From positions 609,604-673,603 of the forward strand of contig MNCI01003377.1 of the NCBI GenBank assembly GCA_015680685.1: DNA of 64,000 nt. The letters are read 5' to 3'. The stretch is from Gnetum montanum. Lineage: Eukaryota; Plantae; Gnetophyta. Under the pieces are notes generated by a model. The model was not told where the DNA came from. It did not search any database and saw only the letters and a list, made by a program, of their open reading frames with translations. This document shows positions 63,201 through 64,000 of the stretch, one piece after another. The stretch's first letter is position 1. Every line of letters begins with the position of its first letter. The position numbers were made by a program, and so were the translations under genes.

Positions 63201-64000
63201 GAGTATAATTATGAGTTTGCTTACAACCATAATTTTTACACACAAAAAAAGTATTATCCTAATGATCAAAATTATCAAACCTTACTATGCTTGAGCTTTA
63301 GCTACAATCTTCATGTGTTACTTCTTCTAAATTCTTTGGCTGGTTTTTAGGAGTCTTTTCTTCTTGAACTTTGCTACAATCCTTATTAAAAGAGGTTAGT
63401 GGTTGAATCTTAGCTTTTATTTTTATGATCTCTTCTTTCATTTTAGCATGAATAGAATATAACTTAGAAAGTACTAGTTTCTTTGCCTTATTAATTAAAT
63501 GATGTAAAAGAAAAATTTCTTCTTTAAACTCACTATACCTCTTGTCACACTTACCATCTTGTTTAGCCACATGTGAGGAATTTTCATCAGTAAGTGCCAT
63601 GCATATGAGATGTAAATTATTGAAAGAATTGCATGGTTCTTCTTCACTTTGCTCACCATCATCCCAACTTGTATAAAAGTTGTTCTTTTTCAATTCCTCA
63701 TCATTGGATCTATTCTTTGGTTGTACCTTGCTATCACTTGGATTACCAGGAGATTCAAAGGCCATGTGGCCTCTTCCTCTATAAACCTAATATTCTATAA
63801 AAGAGAAATCCAAGTTAGAAGCATTTAAAAATGTTTTACCTCTATCTCTACCTTTGAAAAGATTGGGTCTTTGTTGAGATGCTCCCTTGTTTCTTCTTGT
63901 AAGCAAACAGTGTAATTTTCTTAAGAGAAGGACAATCTCATCTTTGCTACCCTCATCATGCACATTTAACTCCTTCTCCTTAGAGGTAGTCTTTATAGAA
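60250..64000 (-). mobile_element. SIRE-like non-autonomous copy 2 (3' LTR 60250-61509, decayed pol, gag 3' half); continues off the right edge
   Basis: LTR TGTGGATTG...GGTCCATA; PPT-like tracts at 61510-61524 and ~61581-61611; internal region colinear with 16710-19390. Confidence 0.9.
63050..64000 (-). pseudogene. gag: SIRE-type gag C-terminal half
   Basis: ORF 63298-63765 matches 18791-19160 (CMALTDENSSH..CDKRYSEFKEEIFLLH). Confidence 0.85.

Overview
AT-rich plant heterochromatin made almost entirely of nested, decayed LTR retrotransposons. No intact host gene, RNA gene or CRISPR array is supported. CG and CHG sites are heavily deaminated, and most stop codons are CAG>TAG or CAA>TAA. The aRH-RT-RH-INT element hints at a gymnosperm-type host (inference). 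Reconstructed nest: a Tekay-like chromovirus 3' end (2917-22855) hosts an Athila-like element (1-2916), a LARD-like element (4906-9069), a deleted CRM-like element (9973-15392, TSD CTAAA), a non-autonomous SIRE-like Copia (15448-21309, TSD GGTAT/AGTAT) and an Ogre/Tat-like element A (minus strand). A complete sister element B (24027-56611, TSD AGTAG) sits inside the LTR of A. B carries a nested block (31983-~44645) with a SIRE-like 5' half and a Tat pol in aRH-RT-RH-INT order. A third Tat copy (C) and a second SIRE-like copy end the window. Most interesting signal: the PROT-RT intron of B (at least 8.8 kb without the nested block) holds a multi-exon antisense gene. Upstream of that gene lie about 17 palindromic GACTACGCTG cassettes spaced about 190-200 bp apart. 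The other Tat elements carry the same ACGCTG core with their own flanks (GGTC-, YTCC-), one as a second 190-203 bp array in the equivalent position. This suggests a family-specific cis-array plus accessory-protein module; an anti-silencing role is a hypothesis only. All coordinates were read by eye.
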